Assembly: GCA_951406725.2 (NCBI GenBank)
Contig: OX597837.1
Span: 13,082,001-13,146,000, forward strand
Reading direction: 5' to 3'
DNA length: 64,000 nt
Origin: Octopus vulgaris
Taxonomy: Eukaryota
The notes under the pieces were generated by a model that saw only the letters and a list, made by a program, of their open reading frames with translations, was not told where the DNA came from and ran no database searches. The position numbers and the translations under genes were made by a program. Position 1 is the stretch's first letter; the number at the start of each line of letters is the position of its first letter. This document shows, in pieces, positions 52,669 to 64,000 of the stretch.

Positions 52669-55263
52669 TGAAGGTACATATCTTGTATATGCATATATAT
52701 ATGTGTGTGTGTGTGTGTAATTATTTATATATGCATGTATGTACTGTTTCTTTTCTCCTGTTTCCAGATAGAAGAGAGACAAATAAGGGACCTAGATAAG
52801 GACTTAAGGCTCCTGGCGCAGAGGGATGACGTTCAAGATGATGTGGCAGAGCTTCTAATGGATGATCTACCTCCAGTCATTAAGGTACATGTACACCTTT
52901 CTACACACTGTCCTACTGCAACCAACACTACTGTAACCACCACCATTACAAGTCCTCTAACTATCTGAGATTGTTTTTAGTATTTGTGGTCTTCCTTTAA
53001 TATAGCCACTTGTTTTTTTTGTATATGATGATGATGATGAGGGTAACAGCCACCCAGTGTTGAAGTATACATTTCTGTTTCCATGCTTTAGCGATGTATC
53101 TTTGATGTAATACACTTGTGCTACAGGGGTAACCATCTCTTTCAAGACCTCTTCTTGAATGTTGTCAAGTCTGAGAGACGACTTCCTGCTTTTTCAGAAT
53201 TCTAATGGCAGGATCAGCACTAAACTTTGAGAATTGATCTCTGCTAGAATGATTCGAATACCATGCTGACATCAAGAGGTGTCTTAATATTTTACCTGAT
53301 GAAGGCAGCGAGCTAGCAGAAACCTTAGCACACTGGGTGAAATGCTTAGCGGTATTTCGTCTGTCTTTACATTCTGAGTTCAAATTCTGCCAAGGTCAAC
53401 TTTGCCTTTCATCCTTTCGGGGTCAATTAATTAAGTACCAGTTGTGTACTGGGGGTCAATCTAATCGACTGCCCCCCCCTCCCCCAAAATTTCAGGCCTT
53501 TTGCCTAGAGTAGAAAAGAAAATAATATTTTACCTGACGAGGACGGAAAGCTGGCAGAATCATTACCACAGCTGACAAAATGCTTAGCAGCATTTCATCC
53601 ATCTTTATGTTCTGAGTTCTTGCCTTTGGGGTTGATAACATAAGTACCAGTTGAACAGAGTCGATGTAATTAACTTACCCCCACCTCCAAAATTGCTGGC
53701 TTTGTGCTAAAATGTGAAACTAATAGTTTACCTGACCAGTCTGAAGCCTATTTTGTGTTCTCCCCATTTTGACTGTTTATTGAAATGTCTAGCTAAGCTT
53801 GGTTTCTGCTTTCAGAGACGCACTCATTTCCTGCTATCTCCGTCTGTGGCAGAATGTGGGCCAACATACGGTAGTTGGCTCCATACTATGAATCAGCGTT
53901 ATTGGACATCCTTCCACCAGCTATACTCCTCCATGCTGGCTTAGGATATGTTGTAAGAAGGTATTAATTTGGGAATTTTTCCTTTTGCTAGATTGATTGC
54001 TTTCACTGCAGCTAAGGAGCTCAATCTACCCTTATGAAAACCTATTCAGCCCTTAGGTGGGACCTTGAGACCCTGAAACCCCGACAGATTCTACCATTCC
54101 AGGTCAGGACAGACCTGGGAGTAATGGTCATTAAAGGGTGACCTCATGATCCCCACAACTCCAGAATGCCCAGAGTGGAGCTTCACCACCAGATGCAGTT
54201 TAGTGTCACACACAGGAGATATGCTAAGTAGGTTATTTTGGAGGCCATATTTGTAGGTCCTTCTCAAGTTGTATACACATACATGTGCACATACAAACAA
54301 CCAACACACACGCACACACACACACACATCCACATACACACACACATCCACACACATACACACACACACAAACTGGCACATGCACACACAAACTCACAAA
54401 TACATATTCACATATTCCCTTGCACATCCGCCCACAGACCTGCACACACATATAAAAGAAGAACACCCGTACACACCTGCACACATAAGGCAATGCTATA
54501 TAAGTTTAAATGTATATTTTCATGTCTGAAGTCTGCTACACAAGATGACAAAAGGAAGCAGGCCCAAGCCAAGTTACAAAGAACTATCCAAACTCTTGAA
54601 CAGCTGCAACGAGAAAATAGACGAATTGATAGGTAAGCAACACCTACCCTAACCACTACACCTCACTGAAATGCTTGTAGTTACCCTCTTCACTCAATTT
54701 GGTACCCTCTTCACCCAGTTTGGTACCAACCTGCCTAAGGCTGCCCCTTCTTCTCTGATACAAACTTCATGTTTTCAAGCGATCCATATATTAAATTCTC
54801 TCATCAAAATTTCAGTAATTTTATGTTCCAAATATCAGTTTAATAATGACAAAAGCATTAGACTAAATTCCTTATTGTTTTCCAAAAGGCATATGTGTCA
54901 CAACTATGTTTGCATGGCATGGTGATCTCATACCAAGATAAACAGTGCATAACCTTGAAGTTGGGGACCAATTAGAATTCTCTTCAGATTGAGAAGTCCA
55001 TCCTCTCAAAAGGTCCCTGAATAAAGGTTATTTAAGGATGATGAACAAAACACTCATGTTTCAGAAGTGAATTATTTAAACCTCAAAGGATTTTTCACAA
55101 CACATAGCGATGATGCCCCCCACCCCACTGCTTCTGCTCATAATCAGAGATGCCCATATCATCAGCCACTAAGGGACATGCTCAACTAGTTATGGTCAAG
55201 CAACTAACAGGAAAATCTGTGGTATTGAGCAGAATATTTGCTGCAGCCTTTCTTTTACACCAA

Positions 55264-55319
<56 letters not shown>

Positions 55320-55800
55320 TGAGTGAGAGAGCAGTTCATGCCATCAAAGTGACACTGGGGTAAAATATACGAAGCCCAATATACCCATCATGACTACCCG
55401 ATTGATAAGGGTACACCAGGCACATGCATCACAACCATATGTGCGCGACATGGTGATCTCATACCAAGATAAACAGTGCATAACCTTGAAGTTGGGGACC
55501 AATTAGAATTCTCTTCAGATTGAGAAGTCCATCCTCTCAAAAGGTCCCTGAATAAAGGTTATTTAAGGATGATGAACAAACCACTCATGTTTCCAGAAGT
55601 GAATTATTTAAACCTCAAAGGATCTTTCACAACACATAGCGATGATGCCCCCCCACTGCTTCTGCTCATGATCAGAGATGCCCATATCATCAGCCACTAA
55701 TGGACATGCTCAACTAGTTATGGTCAAGCAACTAACAGGCAAATCTGTGGTATTGAGCAGAATATTTGCTGTAGCCCATCTTTTATACCAAGACAAAACA

Positions 55801-55851
<51 letters not shown>

Positions 55852-56517
55852 GACCGATGCCAACCCCGCCTCGAATGGCTTCTGTGCCGGTGGCACACAC
55901 CAACCGATCGTGGGATCCTGGAACATCTCGCTGTGCTTGAGGAGACCTGTTGAGTCAAGTGCATGTACATGAACATCGAACCAAATATCAATGGAAACAG
56001 TAGTAGTTGTGATACCTGTGCCGGTGACACATAAAAAGCACCATCCGAACGTGGCCGTTGCCAGTGCAGCCTCCACTCGCTCTGTGCCGGTGGCACATAA
56101 AAAGCACCATCCGAACGTGACCGATGCCAACCCTGCCTCGAATGGCTTCTGTGCCGGTGGCACATAAAAAGCACCATCCGAACGTGACCGATGCCAACCC
56201 TGCCTCGAATGGCTTCTGTGCCGGTGGAACATAAAAAGCACCATCCGAACGTGGCCGATGCCAGCACCGCCTTGACTGGCTTCTGGGCCGGTAGCACATA
56301 AAAAAAAAAGCACCAACCGATCATGGCCGATGCCAGACCCCTCTGGTACCTGTGCAGGTGGCACGTAAAAAGCACCCACTACACTCGCGGAGTGGTTGGC
56401 GTTAGGAAGGGCATCCAGCTGTAGAAACACTGCCAGACCAGACTGGAGCCTGGGGCAGCCCCTGGCTCCCCAGACTCCGGTTGAACCGTCCAACCCGTTC
56501 TAGCGCGGAACACGGAC

Positions 56518-56572
<55 letters not shown>

Positions 56573-58177
56573 GCAGCAGCATTTCGTCCGTCTTCATGTT
56601 CTGAGTTCATATTCTGCCAAGCTCAACTTTGAATTTCGTCTTTTTGGGGTCAATAAATTAAGTACCGATGAAACACTGGGTGTCAATGTAATCGGATAGG
56701 GGCCCCTCCCCCCAAAATTTCAGGCCTTGTGCCTACAGTAGAAAGGATTATTGTTATCATTGCTATTAAGACGGTGAGCTGGCAGTGTGGTTAGAGCACC
56801 AGAGACTATGCTTTAGTGTCATGTCTTTCAGCTCTTTATGTTCTGAGTTCAAATCCCACTGAAGTCAACTTTGCCTTTCATTCTTTGTGGGGAGGGGGAG
56901 GTCAATCATATAAAGTGCAATCTAGTACTGGGGGGTCAATGTAATTGGTTGACACCATCCTCCTAAAACTGAGCCCAAATTTCAAACCATTATTATCATT
57001 ACTATTGTTCTTACCATTATGACCATCTATTTTCATTCATCATCATCATCACCACCACCCCGCCACCACCACCACCACCACCACCACCACCGCCACCACC
57101 ACCACCACCATCATCACCATCATCATCATCGTTATCATTTAACGTCTGTTGTTCACATTGGCGTGGGGTCGGACATTTCGACTGGGCTGGCACTGTGGAA
57201 CCCTGCACCAGACTCCAGTCTGATTTGGCACGGTTTTCTACGACTGGATGCCCTTCCTAACGCCAAGTACTCCGAGAGTGTAAAGGGTGCTTTCATGTAC
57301 CACCAGCACAGATGCCGTTTGCATGACACTGGGGTGATTTTTCGTGCCACCAGCATGGGCGTCAATTTGCGCGACGCCAATATCTGCCATGATTGTGCTT
57401 TTGATCAGCTTGATGGGTCATAGTGCCAAAGGTTTTGGTCATTGCCTCCATGAGGCCCAACACTTGAAAGGAACTCAGCCACTTTGCATCATTATTATCA
57501 AAAAATAATAATTAAAAAATTTTTTTTTTAATTTTATCTAGTTTCAGCTCATGAGCTGTGGCCATGCTGGGGCACCACCATTTAATAATAATTATAATTT
57601 AATAATAATAATAATTATTATTATTTATTAATTTTTTTTTTCTTTTAGCAAAGACGTGAAAGTAATTGAACCGATCTTCACCCAACCTGATATTCTGACA
57701 GTTAATTTCCAGAGAAAGGTGTTTTATTTTTTGGCTTTTATCTTTGTTTCAGTAACTGGACAATGGCCTTACTGGTGGGTGGGTAGTCAGCCAAATGCAC
57801 ACCCAGTCTATCAGTCTCTTCTGTTGGACTACTAAGTTACAAGGATGTAAAAAAACTAACATCAGTTGTCAAGCGATAGTGGGGCGGTGGGAACAAATAT
57901 AAACACACACACACACATGCACACACATATGCACACATACATGTGCATACATGCACACACACACACATGCACACAAATACACACACATGCACTCAAGGCC
58001 TTGGTTGGCCTACAGGTATAGTAGGAGATACTTGCCTAAGGCGCCATGCAGTGGGACTGAATCTGGAACTATGTGGTTGGGAAGAAGGTGGGGAAGCACA
58101 AAAGTAAACACACACACACACATACACATACACACACACATACATGCACACACACATACATGCACACACACATACAT

Positions 58178-58212
<35 letters not shown>

Positions 58213-58462
58213 CTCTCTCTCTCTCCTTTTCCTTCTCTCTTTCCTTTTCCTTCTCTCTTTCCTTTTCCTTCTCTCTCTCCTTTTCCTTCTCTCTTTCCTT
58301 TTCCTTCTCTCTCTCCTTTTCCTTCTCTCTTTCCTTTTCCTTCTCTCTTTCCTTTTCCTTCTCTCTTTCCTTTTCCTTCTCTCTCTCCTTTTCCTTCTCT
58401 CTTTCCTTTTCCTTCTCTCTTTCCTTTTCCTTCTCTCTCTCCTTTTCCTTTTCTCCCTCTTT

Positions 58463-58501
<39 letters not shown>

Positions 58502-61500
58502 CCCCTCTTTGAATCTGTTGTGTCTTACCATCTCTTTTATTCCCAACAGGATACTGTTCGAATCTCCTCCGTACAAGTGACAGAGAGGAGTCTACAGGTC
58601 AACCCAACATTACAGATATTCAAACCACAATACAATGAGCTTCTTGGTGAGGTAAGTGATAGGAATCCGATATCCTGAGGCTGTAGGGGGTTAGGGTTGA
58701 TTGAACTGAACCCAATACATGACTGGTACTTATTTTATTCACTTCTAACTCTAGAAACTTGAATAGTAAAGTTGGCCTTTATGGAAATTGAATCTAGAAC
58801 ACAGCAGAGTTAAATTCTATGCTTGTAGGTATTTTAGTCTGTGGTGGTTTCATTCCGATCTTCAAGGAATACACGGCATTTTAGTGTTTCACCATTTTCA
58901 TGGAAGTACCCAAAAGGTACAAATATGGAACTCTGCATGCTCTGTGCACATATGCAAGGGTTTCTGTAAAATATGAATGCCAGCTGTGAGTCTGCACATG
59001 CAGATGCAAATGAGTCTGCACATGCAGATCCAAATGAGTCTGCAAAAGATGTGCTGTCATGCAAATAAGTTTGTAGCAAATAGACATTGCATGTGTTTTC
59101 ATACTACATGTGGATCAACAGAATGGTAGAATGAACCAACTGATTAGTGTTTGGTATTTAGCAGATGTACATACACTAGCGTAGCTATGGGTGGGTGGGG
59201 CAGTCTGCTCCATGCGGCACTTTTGGGTCTGCTGTAGGCAATATGTGTTTTTCGTGCAGTCTGGGGGGTGACAAATGGAAGGGCTATGTTAGTGTGTAGA
59301 TATGTGATGAACTTTCCTAGAAGCAGATGCTCAAAATAAATTTCAAGAACTGGAATGATTGTGAAAATTACAGCCTTCAAAAAGTACCGCCTTAGATTGG
59401 TACTTTTTATTGGTCCCAAAAGGATAGAGGCCTATGCAGAATTTGAATTCAATGTACAGAGAGTCAAAATAAATACTACTTGCTTTCTTAAGCCCTTTGT
59501 TCCCTATGGAACTTTGGTCATTGACAACTTTTCTGCACTGTCCTCAACTCTGTGGTTGTTTCTTCTGCTCCCCTCTAACTAAATCTTTGCTTTTTTAGTC
59601 TCCATTCCACCTCACTTGAAGTTTCAGATATATGTTTCGCTGAAGGAACACCTCCCTCTCCAAGATCTTGTTGTTTCCAAATTGTCATTGATGCTTCTGT
59701 AACTCTGTTTTTTTCTCTAGGAGGGGTGTTGGCCCTGCATAAACCCTTTTTACTTCTGGGAAAAAGTTGTCCATATTAGCCAAGCCTCTATCCCTTGACC
59801 TGTTCTTCAGCATGGGGGACCATGTGGGTTTGAGGTAAGGGCCTGATTTGTCATATATTTCCCTGAGAAAGGTCTTCCTCTCCCAGGTTTTGGTGGTTCT
59901 AAATTGTCAGTGATGCTTTGGTAACTTGTCTTTTTATCTGAATAAGAGTGTTGGCTCTGTGCAAACCCATTGTTACTTCAGGGAATAAGGTGGTCCTTGT
60001 TAGTCTGAGTTCTGTCCTTTGATAGTATGGGAGGCCCTACCAAGAGTTTGTATCCTGCTGGCAAAGCTTTCAAGGTCATTGAAGCACACAAGCTACCATA
60101 CCACAGCAAGGACTGGGACCTTATAGTGGACCAGAACAAATACCATGAGGCATTATATTCAATGCTGTAATGATTCTGCTGATTGCCACTGGTAAACCTG
60201 TATCAATTTAGTCTAATCTGTTGTTTCATTTTACAGATTCCCTCATCTATAGTTGATGAAATTGACCAAGTAGTTGATGACAAGCATCAGCTTGAAGAGC
60301 TTTATGAAAATCTAAATACCGTTTTGGAAGAGTTTGAGAATAAGGAATCATTTGAAATACTGTCCGAGGTAATTTCTTTATTGTATTGTTATCCCTAAAC
60401 TATGGATCCATTCACATCATTGCACAATATATTTAAACATACACACATATATATATATATGAGCATGTGGTTGGACAATTAGCTAATTACTTATTGACAA
60501 ACGTACTTAAAAAAGCACCTTCCGAACGTGACCGATGCCAGCGCTGCCTTGATGGGCTTCTGTGCCGGTGGCACGTTAAAAGCACCAACCGATCGTGGCC
60601 GCTGCCAGCCTCCCCTGGCACCTGTGCCGGTGGCACATAAAAAGCACCCACTACACTCACGGACTGCTTGGCATTAGGAAGGGCATCTAGCTGTAGAAAC
60701 ACTATCAGATCAGACTGGAGCCTGGTGCAGCCTCCTGGCTTCCCAAACCCCGGTCGAACCGTCTAACCCATGCTAGCACGGAAAACGGACGTTAAACGAT
60801 GACGATGATGATGTACGGACCAAATAGATATTTATCATCCTAATACAGATGCAGGTTTGTGTGATTAAGAAGTGTATTTCACAACCATTTAGTTCTGAGT
60901 TCAGTTCCATGGTGTAGTACATTCAACAAGTATCTTCTAATATAGCCCTGGCCCAGCCAAAGCCTTGTGAGTGGATTCGGTAGATGGAAACTGAAAGAAG
61001 CCCATCGTATATATATCTCCTCTATAGCAAGACACCTATTTCTATCCATCTATTATACTTTAAACTTTCATATGGTACAAAGCCACTTCCCTCAATACTA
61101 CTAATGCCTCCCTATCAGGTGTCTTTGTCTTGCGAGTTATTTGCTTATATTACCCATTATTAGACCATTTTCCTTAGTCATTGCACAATGATTGCCATAA
61201 GCTTTAAGCTTATCTAAAAATACCATTATTATTATTTACAGGATTGTAAAACTCGGCACCGTATAACAAAACCATTTGCACCGAAAGCACATAGAAGTTT
61301 GTTTACAAAAAAACAACTACAAACTAATATAGTTCTTAAATTTGACAGAAAAAGGGAGGCTAATTCGCTGGTGTGATGGTAACACATTTAGTCGCATTAA
61401 CAAGGTGATGTGGGTTCGAGCCCCATGCAGATGGGAAAGCCCAAATATATTCTCTCTTTTACTCTTTTACTTGTTTCAGTCATTTGACTGCGGCCATGCT

Positions 61501-62782
61501 GGAGCACCCCCTATAATCGAGCAACTCGACCCCAGGACTTATTCTTTGTAAGCCCAGTACTTATTCTATAGATCTCTTTTGCTGAACCACTAAGTGACGG
61601 GGACATAAACACACCAGCATCGGTTGTCAAACAATGCTAGGGGGACAAACACAGACACACAAACATACACGCACACACACACACACATATATATACATAT
61701 ATACAACGGGCTTCTTTCAGTTTCCGTCTACCAAATCCACTCTAGCGTTCCACTCTATAGTAGAAGACACTTGCCCAAGGTGCCACGCGGTGGGACTGAA
61801 CCCGGAACCATATGGTTGGTAAACAAGCTACTTACCACACAGCCACTCCTGCGCCTATATATATATATATATATATATATAATTTCAATAACAATCTGTT
61901 CCTCTACACGATATGACAGTCACTTTGCTTTTATATTCCCTGAAATTTCGCACGATTGTACCCAAAATTTCTTCACATAACTTGATTAATAATTCACTAT
62001 GAACTATATGGACATGCACATATTCTGTAAGTTCAACACTTTTCATCGGATCTCCAGGAATCGAACTTATCTGTGATTCTTGTAAATTTCAATAACAATC
62101 TGTTCCTCTACAGAATAAGATTGTCACTTTGCTTCTTACTCGGATTCCCTGAAATTTCGCACGATTGTACCCAAAATTTCTTCACATAACTTGATTAATA
62201 ATTCACTATGAACTATATGGACATGCACATATTCTGTAAGTTCAAGACTTTTCATCGGATCTCCAGGAATCGAACTTATCTGTGATTCTTGTAAATTTCA
62301 ATAACAATCTGTTCCTCTACAGAATAAGATTGTCACTTTGCTTCTTACTCGGATTCCCTGAAATTTCGCACGATTGTACCCAAAATTTCTTCACATAACT
62401 TGATTAAAAATTCATTATGAGCTATATATGGACATGCACAAATTCTGTAAGTTCAAGACCTTTCATCGGATCTCCAGGAATCGAACTTCCTTCAATGCAG
62501 TTAAACTTACACCCTCATTCGTATCTACCCCTTTTTATGTTTGGGAATCTCTGATGTTTTTTCGGCTGACGAGTACGAGCCATCTATATTTACTGCATTT
62601 TTTGTAGCTTATTAAAGATGTCCTCGAAACAATTGTACCGAGATTTTAATCCATTCTTGTTGCTTTTTTTCCTATTTGTAATCACCCCACTTGTCGTATG
62701 GTTAACACCATATAGATTTCCGGTTAAGGACCATATTCAAGTGAATTCATTAGAATTCACTTGAATCTCAATTACTTAAACC

Positions 62783-62843
<61 letters not shown>

Positions 62844-62872
62844 TACACATGATTGTTATCTTGCCATTTATA

Positions 62873-62927
<55 letters not shown>

Positions 62928-63318
62928 AGGCGCAATGGCCCAGTGGTTAGGGCAGCGGACTCGTGGTCATAGGATCGCGGTTTCGATTCCCAGACCGGGC
63001 GTTGTGAGTGTTTATTGAGCGAAAACACCTAAAGCTCCACGAGGCTCCGGCAGGGGATGGTGGTGATCCCTGCTGTACTCTTTCACCACAACTTTCTCTC
63101 ACTCTTACTTCCTGTTTCTGTTGTACCTGTATTTCAAAGGGCCGGCCTTGTCACTCTCTGTGTCACGCTGAATATCCCCGAGAACTACGTTAAGGGTACA
63201 CGTGTCTGTGGAGTGCTCAGCCACTTACACGTTAATTTCACGAGCAGGCTGTTCCGTTGATTCGGATCAACCGGAACCCTCATTGTCGTAACTGATGGAG
63301 TGCTTCCATCCATCTTCC

Positions 63319-63358
<40 letters not shown>

Positions 63359-63648
63359 TATGTATAGATAGACACACACACACACTTACACACATACATG
63401 CACACACTGTCCTATAGTAACGAAGAATGCTGCATTGTAATTTCATTTGAGTTTATTAACTGAAAATATCTTCAACGTAATGTTGTGTTCCAGGCTGATG
63501 ACATATTTGAGGTTCCTGACAACTTGAACTTCAAATTTTGCATGAACTCCGCTTCACTGAACATGAAATCGCGAATAGTCAATGAGGATCTGAAGGTGGC
63601 AGAAGTGCCACCCTGGCAGGGTATGAAAAGAGAAGCGTGGGAATTAGT
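40433..63648 (+). CDS. CCDC87: Coiled-coil domain-containing protein 87-like, 5' part; continues beyond the right edge
   Basis: 17 GT-AG exons join in phase: 40433-40489, 41922-42035, 43594-43665, 44707-44803, 46174-46255, 47552-47663, 48611-48679, 49634-49703, 50707-50773, 51326-51374, 52199-52321, 52768-52884, 54532-54632, 57649-57718, 58550-58651, 60237-60368, 63494-63620 or 63648 (last donor ambiguous). Motifs recalled from CCDC87: [34 protein letters not shown]; [20 protein letters not shown]; DDLPPVI; [11 protein letters not shown]; VQVTER..YNELLGE. The exon structure is firm; the name rests on recalled similarity. Confidence 0.78.
45534..45617 (-). ncRNA. Degenerate hammerhead motif (mutated core); partial second copy at 43117-43206
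   Basis: Minus strand reads GCAG-CTGAAGA-stem II-AAAA(for GAAA)-CGGTCA-TA-CTGC. The sister copy keeps GAAA-CGGTCG-TA-CTGC but is truncated before CTGAAGA. Confidence 0.55.
46541..46720. repeat. Compound trinucleotide microsatellite (GAT/GAC/GAG)n. Other simple repeats at 22745-22820, 23035-23260, 42900-43115, 50330-50680, 50880-51280, 57035-57135
   Basis: Directly visible simple repeats. Confidence 0.9.
47066..47300 (+). mobile_element. RTE-clade LINE ORF fragment (decayed)
   Basis: [30 protein letters not shown]. Confidence 0.7.
52015..52087 (-). tRNA. tRNA-Arg (anticodon CCG), intronic and antisense to CCDC87-like
   Basis: 73-nt cloverleaf GGTCCTGTGGCCTAATGGATAAGGCGTCGGCCTCCGGAGCCGAAGATTGTGGGTTCAAGTCCTATCAGGGTCA. 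Perfect anticodon stem TCGGC/GCCGA, A and B boxes present, TTTTTT terminator about 8 nt downstream. Several G-U pairs in the acceptor and T stems, so it may be drifting. Confidence 0.8.
55852..56520 (+). mobile_element. SINE family C (RTE-like tail) with internal tandem expansion of an about 65-bp unit. Other copies at about 7480-8040, 8105-8330, 12210-12530, 16500-16990, 17915-18185, 34750-35200, 60510-60812
   Basis: Repeated TGTGCCGGTGGCACATAAAAAGCACCATCCGAACGTG units; conserved 3' end ...CAACCC(A/G)TGCTAGC..GGAAA.CGGACGTT, usually followed by AAACGATGATG. Confidence 0.75.
58210..58508 (+). repeat. Pure polypyrimidine 18-bp minisatellite plus (CT)n
   Basis: About 13 copies of CCTTTTCCTTCTCTCT(T/C)T, ending about 40 nt upstream of the acceptor at 58550. 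Confidence 0.9.
61881..62488 (+). repeat. Three tandem copies of an about 205-bp unit
   Basis: Units start at 61881, 62085 and 62294 (AATTTCAATAACAATCTGTTCCTCTACA...GGATCTCCAGGAATCGAACTT). Confidence 0.9.
62560..62643 (+). ncRNA. Minimal type I hammerhead ribozyme motif (Penelope-like)
   Basis: TTTCGG-CTGACGA-G..GAGCCATCT...AGATGTCCTC-GAAA-CAATTG-TA-CCGAGA. Palindromic stem III ACAATTGT; predicted cleavage after 62637. Confidence 0.7.
62925..63310 (+). mobile_element. tRNA(Arg-TCG-like)-headed SINE
   Basis: GGCGCAATGGCCCAGTGGTTAGGGCAGCGGACTCGTGGTC..GGTTTCGATTCCC head followed by a non-tRNA body shared with 43720-43995. Confidence 0.65.
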
Positions 63649-64000
63649 GTATGTCATTTCATCATTTCATTTTGTTATTCTTGAGAATTTCAGAACAGAA
63701 TGGTATTTACTGTACTGTCAATGAGAATAATGTCCGTGGCATTCTTCACAAATTTCCAGGTGTGGATTTATAGGCACAGGCATGGCTATGTGGTTAAGAA
63801 GCTTGCTTCCAAACAATGTGGACTTGAGTTCAGTTCTGATGTGTGGCACCTTGGGCAAGTGTCTTCTACTATAGCCCCAAGCCAACCAAAACCTTGTGAG
63901 TGGATTTGGTCAAAGGAAACTGAAAGAAGCCTGTCATGTGTATATATAAGTATGTCTGTCTGCCTGTATGTTTTTATCTTTGAGTTTAATGTAAGTTCTT

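Noticed and set aside
55990-56370. CRISPR-like repeat-spacer appearance
   Set aside because: The 'spacers' are near-identical to each other, the context is eukaryotic, and there are no cas genes.
55710-56493. 221- and 236-aa minus-strand ORFs
   Set aside because: Translation of SINE internal tandem units and (AAT)n.
57951-58678. ORFs of 188-209 aa (poly-EK, poly-SF)
   Set aside because: Microsatellite and minisatellite translations; only 58550-58651 is a real exon.
61242-61376. Possible extra CCDC87 exon (DCKTRHR...)
   Set aside because: Runs into a stop without a good donor, and the flanking exons already join in phase.
61365-61436. tRNA-like A/B boxes
   Set aside because: Acceptor and anticodon stems do not pair; a decayed tRNA or SINE head.

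Overview
AT-rich, intron-rich animal DNA packed with tRNA-derived SINEs, RTE/mariner relics, MITEs and microsatellites. The repeat content strongly suggests an octopus (cephalopod) genome; this is inference from repeat style. Splicing by hand (GT-AG, phase-consistent, no stops) gives three host genes. (1) RNF17/Qin-like RING-Bbox-Bbox-coiled-coil-Tudor gene, minus strand, 16 coding exons 22333->810, continuing off the left edge. (2) TRMO (TsaA/YaeB tRNA m6t6A methyltransferase), minus strand, with a Thr/Ser/Pro repeat insert. (3) CCDC87-like gene, plus strand, 17 coding exons from 40433, continuing off the right edge. An intronic tRNA-Arg(CCG) lies at 52015-52087 (-). Main novelties: an intact intronless 191-aa ORF (37284-37859, -) that is a Merlin/IS1595-type transposase with its DDE core deleted in frame, no flanking TIRs, head-to-head with CCDC87 and next to Merlin-like MITE ends; several Penelope-type minimal hammerhead ribozyme motifs; and a candidate spliced transcript diverging from the RNF17 promoter. 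Most entries in the supplied ORF track are SINE or microsatellite artefacts.
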